Shown: positions 26,810 to 40,810, counted from the first letter of the stretch. The stretch is 64,000 nucleotides of DNA from Octopus sinensis (GCF_006345805.1 NC_043013.1:19468001-19532000), one strand, 5' to 3'. Translations and numbers: made by a program. The notes: a model not told the origin generated them from the sequence alone.

Positions 26810-27200
26810 CTTTTTTCCCCTTTTATTTGTTTCAGATTGCAGCGACGCTGGAGCATCCCCATGAGGGATTTATTCGGACGAGACGATCCCAGTACTTGTT
26901 ATTTATGAGTCTGGTGCTTATTCTGTCGGTATCTTTTGCAGAACCGATAAGTTAGGAAATGTAAACAAACCATCAAACCATTTGCTAAAGGTTGGTCGGG
27001 TACAAACACAAAGACACACGCACACATTTATATACCACACGCTTCTTTCAGTTTCCGTCAACCAAATCCACTCACAGGGCTTTGGTCGGCCCGTGACTAT
27101 TGTAAAAGACACTTGCTCAAGGTGTCACGCAGTGGGACTGAACCCGAAACCATATGAATGGGAAGCAAACTTCTTACCACACAGCTACATGTGAAAGTGC
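26810..27200 (-). mobile_element. SINE family B, diverged copy
   Basis: TTTCAGTTTCCGTCAACCAAATCCACTCACAGGGCTTTGGTCGGCC...GACACTTGCTCAAGGTGTCACGCAGTGGGACTGAACCC matches family B. Confidence 0.85.
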
Positions 27201-28012
27201 GTGTGTGTGTGTCTGTGTGTGTGGGGTGCACATCACTATTATTGTCTCAACCAAATAACCAGACTATCGGATGTCGTTATACACCACTTATTACGATGCG
27301 CTTTCTCCCGTTTTTGACAGTCCGACATTCCGCATAGTGAATATTTATGAAGTAGACCACAAAGCTGTTCGCCTTCTTTCATATGGACAAATATTCTTGT
27401 ACATAGAGTCGGACACAGGAGCACACGCACATGGCTATTCTCTCCTGGCTATTCGACATCTTTAACGGGATGACAGTCCAACACAATTTTACTCATCACT
27501 GGAGTAATATCAGATGAAGCTTTTACTCAAGAAGACAGCGCACCAACCGGTCGGCAAATCGAAACCACCGTCTTGCGATAGTGAGTGCAGCATTCTAACG
27601 ACTAGGCCACGCAACTTCACTGCATCTGACACACACATACATGTATAGATATATGAAACCCACCTCTTCTTTCCAATGAATCATTTATCATTTGGTTGTT
27701 CTTTTGCCGTGATTTAATTAAAGGATGTTAATCGATGTGTTCGAAGAGTTCGATACACCAACGACATACAGCTTCAGAGAATGTTAAACGACGAAATCGA
27801 AAGAAAACAATTCCGACATGTCCAAATTCTATAGAAAGTCATTTCTCAAATTTCCTCAAGAAAATTCCTCCGTTTCTTCCGACATATAATTGCTAAGCTT
27901 TGCGTCAGGAATTCTTAGAAATATTGTAGCTGACATGATGTTCTGTATTTGATAAACTTGTAGTAAGAGAGATAGACAGAATAAAATATATAGATAAATG
28001 GAGAGATAGATG

Positions 28013-28067
<55 letters not shown>

Positions 28068-28421
28068 GAGAGGATGTCTGTATGTGTGTATATGTATGGG
28101 GCGTGTGTGAGAGTGTGTAAAAATATTGTCAGATCGAATAGATGATACAAAAAAACATGGCGCCGTTCTGCATGTTTTTATGAAAAGCTATGTTTTAGTT
28201 TAATGATGCTCAAAGTAACTGCATTATATTTGATTTGATCGGAGTGTGTGGCATGGCTAGAACAGCAGACACACAAATAAACAGATTTCAATACACGCAC
28301 TTACACGTGTTATGTATAATGTTAAGATATATCTACTAATTATATGTATTTACAAATTTGTAAATATGTGTGTATGGGAGTGAGGAGCTGTTTACATAAA
28401 TTTACACATACATAGGCATAC

Positions 28422-28495
<74 letters not shown>

Positions 28496-28617
28496 ATCTC
28501 TCTCTATATATATGTATATATATGCATACATATATATATATATATATGTATGTATATACAAACGTACATATATATACATACACACATACATGTGTATGCA
28601 TACATATATAAATAACC

Positions 28618-28662
<45 letters not shown>

Positions 28663-30068
28663 TGTACGAGTAAATGTATGTGCGTATGTACTGCACACGC
28701 CCAAACATATGGATGTATATAATTATTTCTGTATTGTTTGTAATCCAGTATGAGGCTAACCAACATTTATCAATGTAGTGAATAGATCGCCATAATTTTC
28801 AACCAGAAAAATAACATGAAATAGATAAACAAAGATAAACAACCGTTAAAATTGAAAATAGAAAGGAAAAGAAATCGAAGTGACGAAGAAGGAGATAAAT
28901 CTTACAAAGAAATAAGTTAACATAAAATAAGTAAAGCATAAATAAAAATAAACAGATAGATAATATATTAGCAAATAAAAAATATATAGAATATCACAAA
29001 ATACATGGCGATATTCTTCGATGAATCTTGAAGCTGCTACAACTATTACTGCAACTTAAACTAGTGTCAAATACACACACACACACACAGTCACTCTACA
29101 CACGTGCACAGGCACACGCAAACTATCTTGCACTCACACACATTGACAGATGTATACACATTCCGCATAATGAATATTTATGAAGTAGACCACAAAGCTG
29201 TTCGACTTCTTTCATATGGACAAATAGTCTTGTGCATAGAGTCGGACACGGGTGCACACACACATGCATTCACATACATATACACACATACATATGCACA
29301 CATGCATACATAGATACATACATACAAAACAGCCTGTAGTTGAAGATGAAATTCCAATGAAGAAACTTGGATCTAGGTTATAAAACGACTCTTTCTCTAC
29401 TGACAAGAAATCTTGAAATAAAATTGAATGATGACATGCATACATATCTGCATATATAAATACATACATACATACATACATACATACATACAAACATGCA
29501 CATACACATATTCTACAAGCTTTCACACGCTTCCTACCTATTAATTTCACTCACAATACACTGGTCGTCACAGAACTATGCTAGAAGGCACTTGCTCAAA
29601 ATTCCGCGCTGTTGGATTGAACCCGAATCATTTGCTTGCAAAGCAAGCTTCCTAACACACATACACGTACATTCAAACACACACACGATATATCGCAATC
29701 CGTTGCGACATATTCCCAGTGCACCTTCACCAAAGCTTTCAATGAGTGAGTGATGCTTGTCTATGTCTAGCAGAATTTTGCCCCTCGCAAACAACTCCGA
29801 TACTGCAAAGAAATATAGTATATGAATTCTGATGGGCGTTTCTTCATCCCTGTCATATTGAAACGTAAAGCTATTCTGTAGACTCCCAGAACTTAAAATA
29901 TCAAGGAGGAGTGTAATATATATATATGTGGAAAAAGTCAAGATAGAAAATGCTAAAATGATTTAATAAAAAAAAAATTCAGTACCGGTTTCAGTCATTG
30001 AGACATTTTCAACTGTAAGTATGGAAAACATTTAAATTTGGAAAATTGTTTTTAAAAGAATATATATA

Positions 30069-30472
30069 GGCGCAGGAGTGGCTATGTGGTAAGTAGCTTG
30101 TTTACCAACCACATGGTTCTGGGCTCAGTCCCACTGCGTGGCACCTTGGGCAAGTGCCTTCTACTATAGCCTCGGGCCGACCAAAGCCTTGTGAGTGGAT
30201 TTGGTAGACGGAAACTGAAAGAATCCAGTCGTATATATGTATATATATATATATGCGTGTGTGTATTTGTGTGTGTGCCCCTAGCATTGCTTGACAACCG
30301 ATGCTGGTGTGTTTATGTCCCCGTTACTTAGCGGTTCGACAAAAGAGACCGATAGAATAAGTACTGGGCTTACAAAAGAATAAGTCCCGGGGTCGAGTTG
30401 CTCGATTAAAGGCGGTGCTCCAGCATGGCCGCAGTCAAATGACTGCAACAAGTAAAAGAGTAAAAGAGAGTA
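30069..30472 (+). mobile_element. SINE family B (CORE-like tRNA SINE), full-length
   Basis: tRNA-like head GGCGCAGGAGTGGCTATGTGG..GGGCTCAGTCCCAC, CORE-like GGCACCTTGGGCAAGTG and a (GAGTAAAA)n tail. Confidence 0.95.
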
Positions 30473-30479
30473 TAGTGTT

Positions 30480-31260
30480 CAAATGTAAGTGGCATTTTCC
30501 TTGTTTCTGCCTGTCTCTGTCTCTCTTCTTTACTCTTGTTTATTTGGAGATGGTCATGTTGCCAGTTTAGCCAATGAAAACATACGCACTATATATTTGG
30601 TGTTCACTTACTTCAGCTTTATTTTATGTCGATTGTATTTCGGCCAGAGTTCTTTCGTCACATTTCTGTGACCTCATCAGCACTCCTTTGCTTTCTTCTT
30701 TCTTTTCTGTGTGTCTCTCCTTACTAATGATCTGCCATTTTGTATTCCTGTTGTGTGTGTCTTTATTTGCGCATGCGCATATACTTGTGTATGTCTATGT
30801 TTAGTAGGTCTGTGGGAATATGTATGGTGCCTGCATTATCAGTATCCAATGTTTATACACGTTCGTTTAATTTAATTTAATTTATTTATGCATTTGTTTA
30901 TGTATATAGTTATTTCATTCCATTTATTTATCTGTGTATTGTATTATTTTCATATTATCATCAGTTTATGGAGATCTTATTCCGTCTTAGGTTGTGGTAG
31001 GGTGTGTGTGCTAGTGTTCCATTCTAGTTTTCTATTCAGGCTAGGCTTATCTTCCATTATGTGTGTGGCTTCCGTATTTTGTCTAAGTGTTGCGACTGTT
31101 CTATGTGTGGGCAAGATTTTAAGTTCTATGTAGTTACGTGAACCCCCATGTTCCCGCTCAGCGTGCTGGTATAGAACCGATTAGCTCTTCTCTTCCTTAA
31201 GTTTCCTCCGATGCTAATTTACCCGCTCTCCTATGTCCGTGCTGTCTCCCTGCGTACGTC
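30480..31260 (-). mobile_element. Penelope-like element 3' end with decayed hammerhead
   Basis: The minus frame RQNTEATHIMEDKPSLNRKLEW matches the GIY-YIG C-terminal EAxxIxxxxPSLN motif. CTGATGA GGTCA..TGGCC GAAA lies downstream at 30627-30686, followed by AATAAA. Confidence 0.7.
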
Positions 31261-31270
31261 GCTGTTTTGT

Positions 31271-32456
31271 TATATATATATATATATATAAAACTGACGT
31301 TGCGTGCGTGTGTGTGTGTATGTGTAAACCCGCAACTCATTTTCTCCAAACTGGGAAGATAGATTACTTATGTTCCAGAGATAGGTGTAGACACTTAAAA
31401 TTTTTTACATAATGAGTAATGAGATCCATAGGAGCAGAAAACCCACTTTCCTGGGATACATACAACTGTTCGCATGGTCCACGCATTGTTTCTGTTCAAA
31501 CTGGAAAACAGCTATGATAATGATATAAGTAGGTTGTATTAAATGGATGAACTCATATAGACTTCAAACTGTATTGTCTAAGTGGTAGCAATAATAGCCC
31601 GTTTTCGTAGTACTATAATTAGCAATTTGTTGGAATACAAACAGTTTGGAACGCACTATGTTTATTATGAAAAATATGCTAAAATATGTTAAATCCTGAG
31701 CAACTATTTCCTTTTCGTTCAGTATTAAAGTTTTTTCTAAGCATAGACGAAGCCCATACAAACATTCTTCAGCTATCGATGTACATATCGCATGTACATT
31801 AACCTACTAATTTATGTTGTCTAAGATCCAACCACGTTAATTACAAATCGTGTCATTAATGTGATCCTGCGTGCTCAGACGTTGCATGCAGAATTGTTTT
31901 CATTTGGAAGCAGAGTTGTCCTCACAATGGTAGCACACTGTTTACGCGAAGGAGTTCACGGTTGATCCACGACTATTGAATTCCAACCATGTCAGCAATG
32001 CAACGTCATATGACCCAACCACGTTTGTTAGAAGGAGCGTCATTGATTTGAAACGCTACTATTTCACCCCCTTACCATGCCATTTCTTTCGTGTAGATTT
32101 TTCTCATGTGGTGCTGTTGAGTGCGTTCATGGGCTTAATTTATCACAAAGATGTAAAATCTATGTCTGCTGATTGTTCAGCGTGGTAGTGGTAGAGCCGA
32201 CAGCCGCAAATGAGAATATATCAACACAGAGCTTTTTGGTGCATTCAAAAATCCCCTACCCCACCCAACCTTCCATGTTAGGGTCTGGAATACTCCAAAC
32301 GGGAGCATGACATGTCGCTTAGTCCGGTTATCCCATCATTTTCTCCACCGATGTTGTGTCGCCAATGTTTCACTTCCCCGTATCACATGTTTCAACGCAA
32401 CTGTACTATGTATACAAACTATGCCATTTTAATCCCGGGCAACGCCGGGATTCTAT
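31271..32456 (+). mobile_element. Non-autonomous Helitron (~1.2 kb), 3' CTAG decayed
   Basis: The 5' TATATATATAAAACTGACGTTG resembles the 8818 element. The 3' hairpin CCCGGGCAACGCCGGG is followed by ATTCTAT. Confidence 0.65.
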
Positions 32457-32563
32457 ATATATATATATATATAAGAAAATTTATAATAATGGTTAATACC
32501 TACTAAATAGTGACCATTATCTATACCTTGTCTTATATATATAAGATTGTTCACAATATATAC

Positions 32564-32625
32564 AGATTATTCTGAAGAAAATTCAGCAAAATTCAGCGTT
32601 TGCTGAATTTTCTTGAGAACAATCT
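32564..32625. repeat. 62-nt hairpin (27-bp arms, 2 mismatches, 8-nt loop)
   Basis: AGATTATTCTGAAGAAAATTCAGCAAA / TTTGCTGAATTTTCTTGAGAACAATCT. Confidence 0.85.
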
Positions 32626-32664
32626 TTTCTTAGTGGTAATACACACACACACACGCACACACAC

Positions 32665-32715
<51 letters not shown>

Positions 32716-33213
32716 CACATCAAGCTTACCGAGGTACTACCATCTACATATGTCACGTGAGGCAATAGAAGACAATACATTGAACGATTCTAAATGTCAT
32801 TTTCAGGATATAAATCAATGTCCCAGTGAACATTAGCATTTAAAAACAGGAATTCATAGAGTTTTGGAAATATAAAACACAGGAGAAGCAAATAAGGAAT
32901 TTAATACAGGAATCTGGTAGCCGACAGTCATATATCAGAATCGCGTCCGGTGTGTATACTTGCAGAGAAATTTTGATAGGCCCATGATATATACTTACAT
33001 ATATCTATGTGTATTTATATGCATAGAGTCAGGTCATGGCTGCTATTTTCAGCATGGTGTGGTGGTATCTCGTAGATACCCTAATTTATAATTTAATAAT
33101 TATTACCTTTGAAGGTTATTTATCCATGCTGACCACTTGATAAAATCGTTATTTTGTTTTAAATTAACCATCTTATCCTTATTTATATAAATTTACCCAC
33201 ACACAGATACACC

Positions 33214-33258
<45 letters not shown>

Positions 33259-34074
33259 TTGTATATATATATATATATACATATTATACACATATGTATA
33301 TAATGTATATATACACATATGAATATGTGTGTTTGTGTATTTATGTGTAGGGTTTTGATAGTTATTACCTCATTGCTGAACTTATATTTCCTTTGCCACA
33401 TTTCAGTTTTGTAGAGTTATCTAACCAAAGATATGGACTTGCCGTGTCCAAAAACAAATCCCTTTCAAATAAATCGAATTATTCCAATGACTACATATGT
33501 CCGCTCGTTGTTGGTGACAAAACAAAATGCAAGGAGCAATAACTTTACTGAAATCATTTCCTCGAAGCCTACTGAAGAAGGATGCGTTCCATGGGCATTC
33601 AGAAACGTCAACTTTATACATTAACTAAGCTTTTTTTATACGTATAGTTGTCTTCTGTGATATTTTTCATATGTTTAACATTGGCATATATTTATCATTT
33701 AAACTTATTTTTTTGCTACTCAGATTATTATTATTTCTTCATATATTTATTCGGTTCTCTTGCCTGAGATATTACCTTAGTAGCGAACTAATAGGAATGT
33801 ATTATATTCCACTAGAATATCTCTAGAGTCTCTCTCTCTCTCCACACACACAAATATATATAAATATGTATATATGCAAAGACACACACCCACCTATAGT
33901 ATAAAAAATTGAAAACGATCCGTTTTCGACATTAAATCACGTCCGAACAGTTTTATCTTGCTGCAGGTATGTAAAACTAAGATGGAAGCTCGTGGTAGAG
34001 AACGAGACAGATTGGGAAACTATGTGAGTGATTGGCAGAAGAGAAGAGAGAAAGAGACAGCAGGGAAAAAAGAC

Positions 34075-34144
<70 letters not shown>

Positions 34145-34506
34145 TAGAGAGAGAAAGAGAGAGATGGGGAGACAGGGATTGACGGAAAAGAGATGGTGGG
34201 AGGGAAATGGGGTCGGGGAGAAGAAAAGAGAATATTTGAAAGGTAATTGAATAGTTTGTAATGTATTTCAATATATCCCAGTTAGGATTAATTTATTTGA
34301 TCAATGGCTGACATATTGGTAAGGAGAAAGAGGGAGAGAGAGAGAGAGTGAAAGAAAGAGAGAATGGTGACAATTCTTCGTACACACACATACGTTATCT
34401 GACACACACAAACATACACATGAACTTGCATACAATCATTATTGCAGATTACCAACCATATATATATATGCGTGTATGTGTGTGTGTATGTGTATGAGTA
34501 TATATG

Positions 34507-34558
<52 letters not shown>

Positions 34559-34921
34559 ATATATATACATATATATACATATATATATTATATATATGTA
34601 TGTATGTATATATGTATACACACGTACGTAGGTATGTATAACATTTATCTTTATCTTTCCATTGGTTCAGTCATTAGATTATGGTCATGCTAGGACGGGT
34701 TAGATAGATAGATCCACAGATACACACCTGCACACAATATATACAATCGCAAAAGTAGAAACACAGACACATACACCTACAAGCTTAAGCGATTCGGTAT
34801 TGTCGGAGTATCACCTTATAGTTATATCGGTGTGAGAATTAAATGAATGTCGCGAAATCAGTTGATGTTGTGAGTCATCTATATGTGCGTACCTATGTAT
34901 GTATGTGCATGAGTATGTGTG

Positions 34922-34953
<32 letters not shown>

Positions 34954-35284
34954 GTGTGTAAGCTCTTTATGTGAATATCTGAGATTCTGTCTCAGTATGA
35001 ACGATCCCAAAGATGGAAGAGAATTACAGTAAAGAAACAACACCACAACCAACAAAGAACAACAAAAGCGAAAGCATAAACTTTGGCAATAAATCTACAG
35101 AAGTCTAAAGACAAAATATAATGCAACACAGATCTTTGTAAACATTCCTCAATGATTTGTTACCGATTCCTACCCTGTATTTGACCCTGTTATCTTCTCT
35201 GGCTATACCCTACGTATTGATGTTTCTTAATTCCTATTTTCGCTCGGTGTCACGTGACTGTGCAACTTTTCTCTGAACGCAGCA

Positions 35285-35462
35285 AGGTGTAGTTTAGCGG
35301 CATTTCGTCCGTCTTTATGTTCTGACTTTTAATACCATCAAGGCTGGCTTTGCCTTTCATCCTTTCGAGAACGACAAAATAAGTATCAGATGAGTTCTGG
35401 GGTTGATCTCATCGGGTTTCCCCCTCCATAGATCTTGCTGGCCTTGTGCCAAAATTTTAATC
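35285..35462 (+). mobile_element. SINE family A, diverged and 5' truncated
   Basis: TTAGCGGCATTTCGTCCGTC...GCCTTTCATCCTTTCG..GACAAAATAAGTATCAG. Confidence 0.75.
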
Positions 35463-35574
35463 CCTTCTTCTTCTTCTTCTTCTTCTTCTTCTTCTTCTTC
35501 TCCTCTTCCTCCTCCTCCTCCTCCTTCCTTTTCTTTCTTCTTCTTCCTTTTCTTTCTTCTTCCTTTTCTTTCTT

Positions 35575-35634
<60 letters not shown>

Positions 35635-35664
35635 TATTATCATCATCATCATCATCATCATCAT

Positions 35665-36182
35665 TATATACAACAGATTAGACTGTCATGAAAGAAAAAA
35701 ATCCTAACATCGGGCTGCAACAAAAAAACTTAGATGCCAAGAACCCACCTAAGTATCCTAGCTTTCCTTGATAACACTGTTTTCTGCTGTTGTACTAAGC
35801 TGGGTTTCATGTCTATTTCCTCTATCCAACTGTTCAAATCTTTAAGGGTTGCTGCCACTGCACCTATAACTACTGGGATACATTTTAGCCTCACTTCCTT
35901 TAGTCTCTGCAATTTAATGTCTAAGTCGTGACACTTCGGTATTTTCTATACCTCTCATTGATTTTTCATCATATGGGACTGTAATGTCAATTATCTGTCC
36001 CTGTCTGTTTTCTTTATCTACTACTGCTAACTCTGTCCTTCTAGCTTCTATTACACTGTCAGTCTGAATGCTAAAGTCCCACATCATATATTTCTTACTT
36101 TCTAGTACTTTACCAAATTTGCTTTCATACCATTTATCAGTATGTTCAAATCATAGCTTTCTACATTGAGGTTTCTCCCAGT
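35665..36182 (-). mobile_element. R4/Dong-like RLE endonuclease C-terminus plus 3' UTR
   Basis: KWYESKFGKVLESKKYMMWDFSIQTDSVIEARRTELAVVDKE..IIDITVPYD..CIPVVIGAVAATLKDLNSWIEE..QQKTVLSRKARILRWVLGI*. Trinucleotide arrays lie on both sides. Confidence 0.88.
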
Positions 36183-36205
36183 ATTATTGTTGCTGTTGAT
36201 GTTGC

Positions 36206-36240
<35 letters not shown>

Positions 36241-36248
36241 TATTATTA

Positions 36249-36286
<38 letters not shown>

Positions 36287-36442
36287 TATGTTGAGACAAC
36301 AAGTTGGAAGTTCGTGCTGGTGTTATGCCTAGGGTGCCATATATTTGGTTTTGTACTAAGTGTTGTACTAGTGAATGTCTAAAAAACCATACGAAAATTG
36401 TTTGTTTTAAAACTTGAAATTACATAGAAAGTATTTTGCGTA

Positions 36443-36482
<40 letters not shown>

Positions 36483-36521
36483 TATTATTATTATTATTAT
36501 TATATCATTATTATTATATCA

Positions 36522-36591
<70 letters not shown>

Positions 36592-36787
36592 CATTTTATT
36601 ATTATCATTATTATATTATTATTATATTATTATTATTACTATTATTACTATTATTATTATATTATTATTATTATTATTATCATTATTATTATTATCATTA
36701 TTATTATTATTACTATTATTATTATTATTATTTATTACTATTATTATTATTATTATTATTATTATTGTTGTTATTATTATATTATTA

Positions 36788-36818
<31 letters not shown>

Positions 36819-36949
36819 AGTCATTTGTACTTGAGAAAGTACATGGTACACTTTGTTTCAAATCATATTTTTGTTGTACCATATTTTTATACGCTAACCA
36901 GCACACTGTTGCGCTGTTAGCTTCATTTAATTTCAGAGTCTGAAACTGT

Positions 36950-37420
36950 ATTTCATTATCGAGAACTACCACAAACAAACAAAACATGGCGTCGAATTTT
37001 TCGACAAATACCACGGTGAAGGAAAAGGAAAATTTCGATACAGCTTTCCTGCTTTCGTCTCATACCAGTTGCAGCAGCAGCAGCAACAGTACCCCCCCCC
37101 CCCACCACCACCACAACCGAAACAAAAGCACAATAACAACAATAAGACAAACGAAAAGAACAGAACAAGAACGTCTACGAAAACAATAACAAATACATGA
37201 TCGAACACATCAACAAAAATTTAAATTGTCCGACCACCGCACGAACAATTTTCACTTTCGCCGCCCCCCACCGCAAGGAATAAACATTAAATTCCTTCGT
37301 CGCCGTCTACACTAATATAGCTTGCCGAGTGCAAGAGGAAATTACTATCCGAGCGGACGAATTGAGACAGGCAAGGTACATGTTGACGAAACACGGAAGA
37401 CATTAATTTAATTATCTCGT
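36950..37420. promoter_or_regulatory. CpG-rich promoter-like island
   Basis: Visibly CpG-dense unique sequence with AAACATGGCG (YY1-like, ~36982) and CCGCCCCC (GC-box-like, ~37261). Confidence 0.4.
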
Positions 37421-37539
37421 TCTCACAAAGTTTTAATTATATACAGAACAGTAGGCATGAAAATGCAAAAGAAAAAGAAAAAGTAAAAGAAAAAGAAAAC
37501 AAAGAAAAGAAAAGAACGCACAGCAAGCTATAGAAAAAT

Positions 37540-37790
37540 GTCCGAAACCAATCTGGGGTATTAAAATTTACATTGCCAAGGGGGAAAGGTATGGCGCGGT
37601 TGAGGTAAAGTTTCCAACAGAAGAAGAGACAAGAGAACAGTCGACAACAACACTGTAGTGTGAGAGACTGGCACTCTAGTTTGGCCGAAGATTTTCGAAA
37701 TTAAAATAGTTGATATTCCTCCAGAAATCAACATGTTCTGGTTGGTGGCAGAGGCTGCATGTACAGAATTGGTCAAAGCATAGAATTACT
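37540..37790 (+). mobile_element. Possible Tx1-like ORF1 fragment
   Basis: YIAKGERYGAVEVKFPTEEETREQSTTTL* ... KIVDIPPEINMFWLVA resembles Tx1 ORF1 RRM-like segments. It is frameshifted. Confidence 0.4.
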
Positions 37791-38723
37791 CATTCAGGCG
37801 GACGACACATGATGCGTAACATGATTTTTGTCCTTGGGTAGCAACTGTTATTTCATATTTGGTTACTCCTAGAAAGTATGAAAACTGACTAATGTGTCCT
37901 TCAAACTTTGTTTTCGCTACATTTATTCAAACCCCAAAGGATCCCTCTCACACATGGCTTAATATTCTCAAGTGGTTATGGTCAAGTAACCGACTCGCAA
38001 ATCTGTAGTATTGAGCAGAATATTTTCTATGATGATATTTCTGCTTCAGCAACTAGGATCTGAATCTGTCTGAAATGTAATGGAAAATAGGTCAGTTTCA
38101 AAATATTGATGTCCACATCAGAAACGCAAAGTTTGAAGGAAATAATAGTTATTTCGTTTCATTTCTGGAAAGAAGCAAGTAGGAAATAACACTTGCTGAC
38201 GAAAGATGATAAATAAATTACAATTTTGTTACAGTGTAATCATGCCTGATTAATCTGCTAGACGACTTACAACTATATGTGGTTGTTGAAGGCAGACAGC
38301 CATCCTGTCCACTTATGTGGTGGCACAAATGATTTTAAGGCTTCATGCCCAAAACAAGATAGAAAAGTCAAGACCACCACTTCTGCCAAAATCACATGAC
38401 AGCAGTACTATCACCAGGGAAATAGGAGCAGCACCAACGGCAGAACATGGCCACAACAAGAACGGCAATAGAAATCCCATTTCAACAACTACCATTTTGT
38501 ATATTTATGTTCTGAATTTATATCCCTCCAGAGACTAGTTTACAATTTTTACATTTCAACCTCCTACGATCACTAAAATACATCACTCACTCCATTCCCG
38601 ATTCTGTCTTTATGTATACATCTTATCTACGTCTCGCTATATGTATGTATGAACGTATGTGGGTATGTATGTATGTATGTATGTATGTATGTATGTATGT
38701 ATGTATGTATGTATGTATGTATC

Positions 38724-38789
<66 letters not shown>

Positions 38790-39416
38790 ATCTGTCTACC
38801 TGTCTGTCTGTCTCTCTCTCTCTCTCTTTGTATATATATTTGCATATAAACGCATACATTCATGTATGTATATATATATATATTTATATTTATATCTGTA
38901 TATATATATAAACGTATATATTACACACATATATTATACACACACATAAATATATATGCATTTTTATATTCATGTGTAGGTGTATATATACATGCTTACA
39001 TATATGTGTATCCATATGCATGTGTGTGTGTGTGTGTGTGTGTGAATGTATGTATTCGTAGGTGTGAGTATATATTTCTCTCAGAAATCTTCTGTAATCC
39101 GACTTTATATGTCTATGTTTTATACCTGCGGGTCTGAAGATAAAGCGATTGCTGTGCTGATGCCGCTTATCGAGGCAGAAAACTGTGTTCATAACCGTTT
39201 TCTTCCCTCTAGAAGAAAAAAAAAAAAGAAAAGAAAAGGAAAAGTAGTAAACGTGAATTAACAACTGTTAGTCTTGTGAATGACATTTATATTCCAGAAA
39301 AATTCTCATTATTTGAGAATATGTATACTTCTGATTCGAAGTCGGTCGCAATTGCCGCTAGGTGTTTGTGCCTGTGGGTGTATATATATATATATACATA
39401 TATATGTATATATGTT

Positions 39417-39488
<72 letters not shown>

Positions 39489-39789
39489 ATTATTATTATT
39501 ATTTTATTATAATACTATATTATATGTATAATAAACATACATGTATGTATATATTATACATATGTAATTATAAATATATATGTAGATATAGGAATGTGTG
39601 TATGAGTGTGCGTGTATGTATGTATGTATGTATGTATGTATGCGGGTGAGTATGTCTACATGTGTGTTTGTAATACTGGAGAATTACTATACGTTACCAC
39701 ATGAACACACACACGCACGTACACATATACACACACACTAACACACACACGCATGCACACTCTGACATGTATATTGTATCAATGCTGCT

Positions 39790-40330
39790 GACACCAGCAT
39801 CATCATCATCATCATCATCACTATCAGGTAACTCCATCCACCACTTCCACCACCACCACCACCACTACCACCAGAATCGATTGTATACCGCCACACCCCC
39901 ACCATCCCCACCGTCGCCCACATCACAACCACTACCACCAAACCACATTCACCACAGCAACCAGCCCCGCATTCGCCAACACCACCAGCGTAGTACATCC
40001 ACCACCACCACCACCACCACTACCATCACCACAACCACCACCACCGCCGCCACCACAACCACCACCACCACACCACCACCACAACCACCACCACAGCCGC
40101 CGCCACCACCACCACCACCACCACCAAATCTAACACCACCATCTTTACCATCATCTCAACCACCACCACCACCACCATCACTCACAAAACCACTACTACC
40201 TCCTCCCGCCACTATTATCACCACCACCAGCACCATGACCACAACCACGACGACGACGACGACCACCACCACCACAACCACCACCACCACTGCCACCATT
40301 ACCAGTCAATACTGTCTACAATTACAATCT
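39790..40330. repeat. (CCA)n/(ACC)n low-complexity tract
   Basis: Directly visible. It produces the 232-aa Thr/Pro ORF. Confidence 0.95.
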
Positions 40331-40810
40331 GAGGAATATAATATTGGTTCCATCAGTCAAAGACATTACCAAACATTTTCTTCTACTCCTTTGATATAGC
40401 AAATTCTCCCTCCTCATTTACTCCCTCTCGTTTTCTCACTCACACTCCCTCTTTCTCTCTTTCTTTACCTTTGTCTTTCTCTGCGATTCTTTCCTCCTCC
40501 CCCACTCCCTGTGACTTTTTTTCCGTCCGCTGTGCATAAAGCGTACGCACTCATGTGTATGTGTGTGAGAGACAAGGCCAGTACGTGTGTGTATCTATGT
40601 GTGTGTGTGTGAGTGTGTGTGTGCGTGTGCGTGCATGTTTGTGTGTGTTTGTGAGAGAGAGAGAGAGAGAGAGACAGACAGAGGAAGAGAGAGAGAGGGA
40701 GAGAGAGAGAGGGAGAGGGATAGAGGAAGAGGGAGAGAAAGGAACAGGTACAAATGCAGAGGGAGAGACACTGTGAGTACGGGCGCTTGTATAATAGTAC
40801 TTGTGTGTTT

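Noticed and set aside
30069-30140. tRNA gene
   Set aside because: This is the tRNA-derived head of a SINE, with no complete cloverleaf. The same holds for the other SINE heads.
39701-40399. 232-aa His/Pro/Thr-rich ORF
   Set aside because: It is a translation of a (CCA)n tract, with no splice or domain support.
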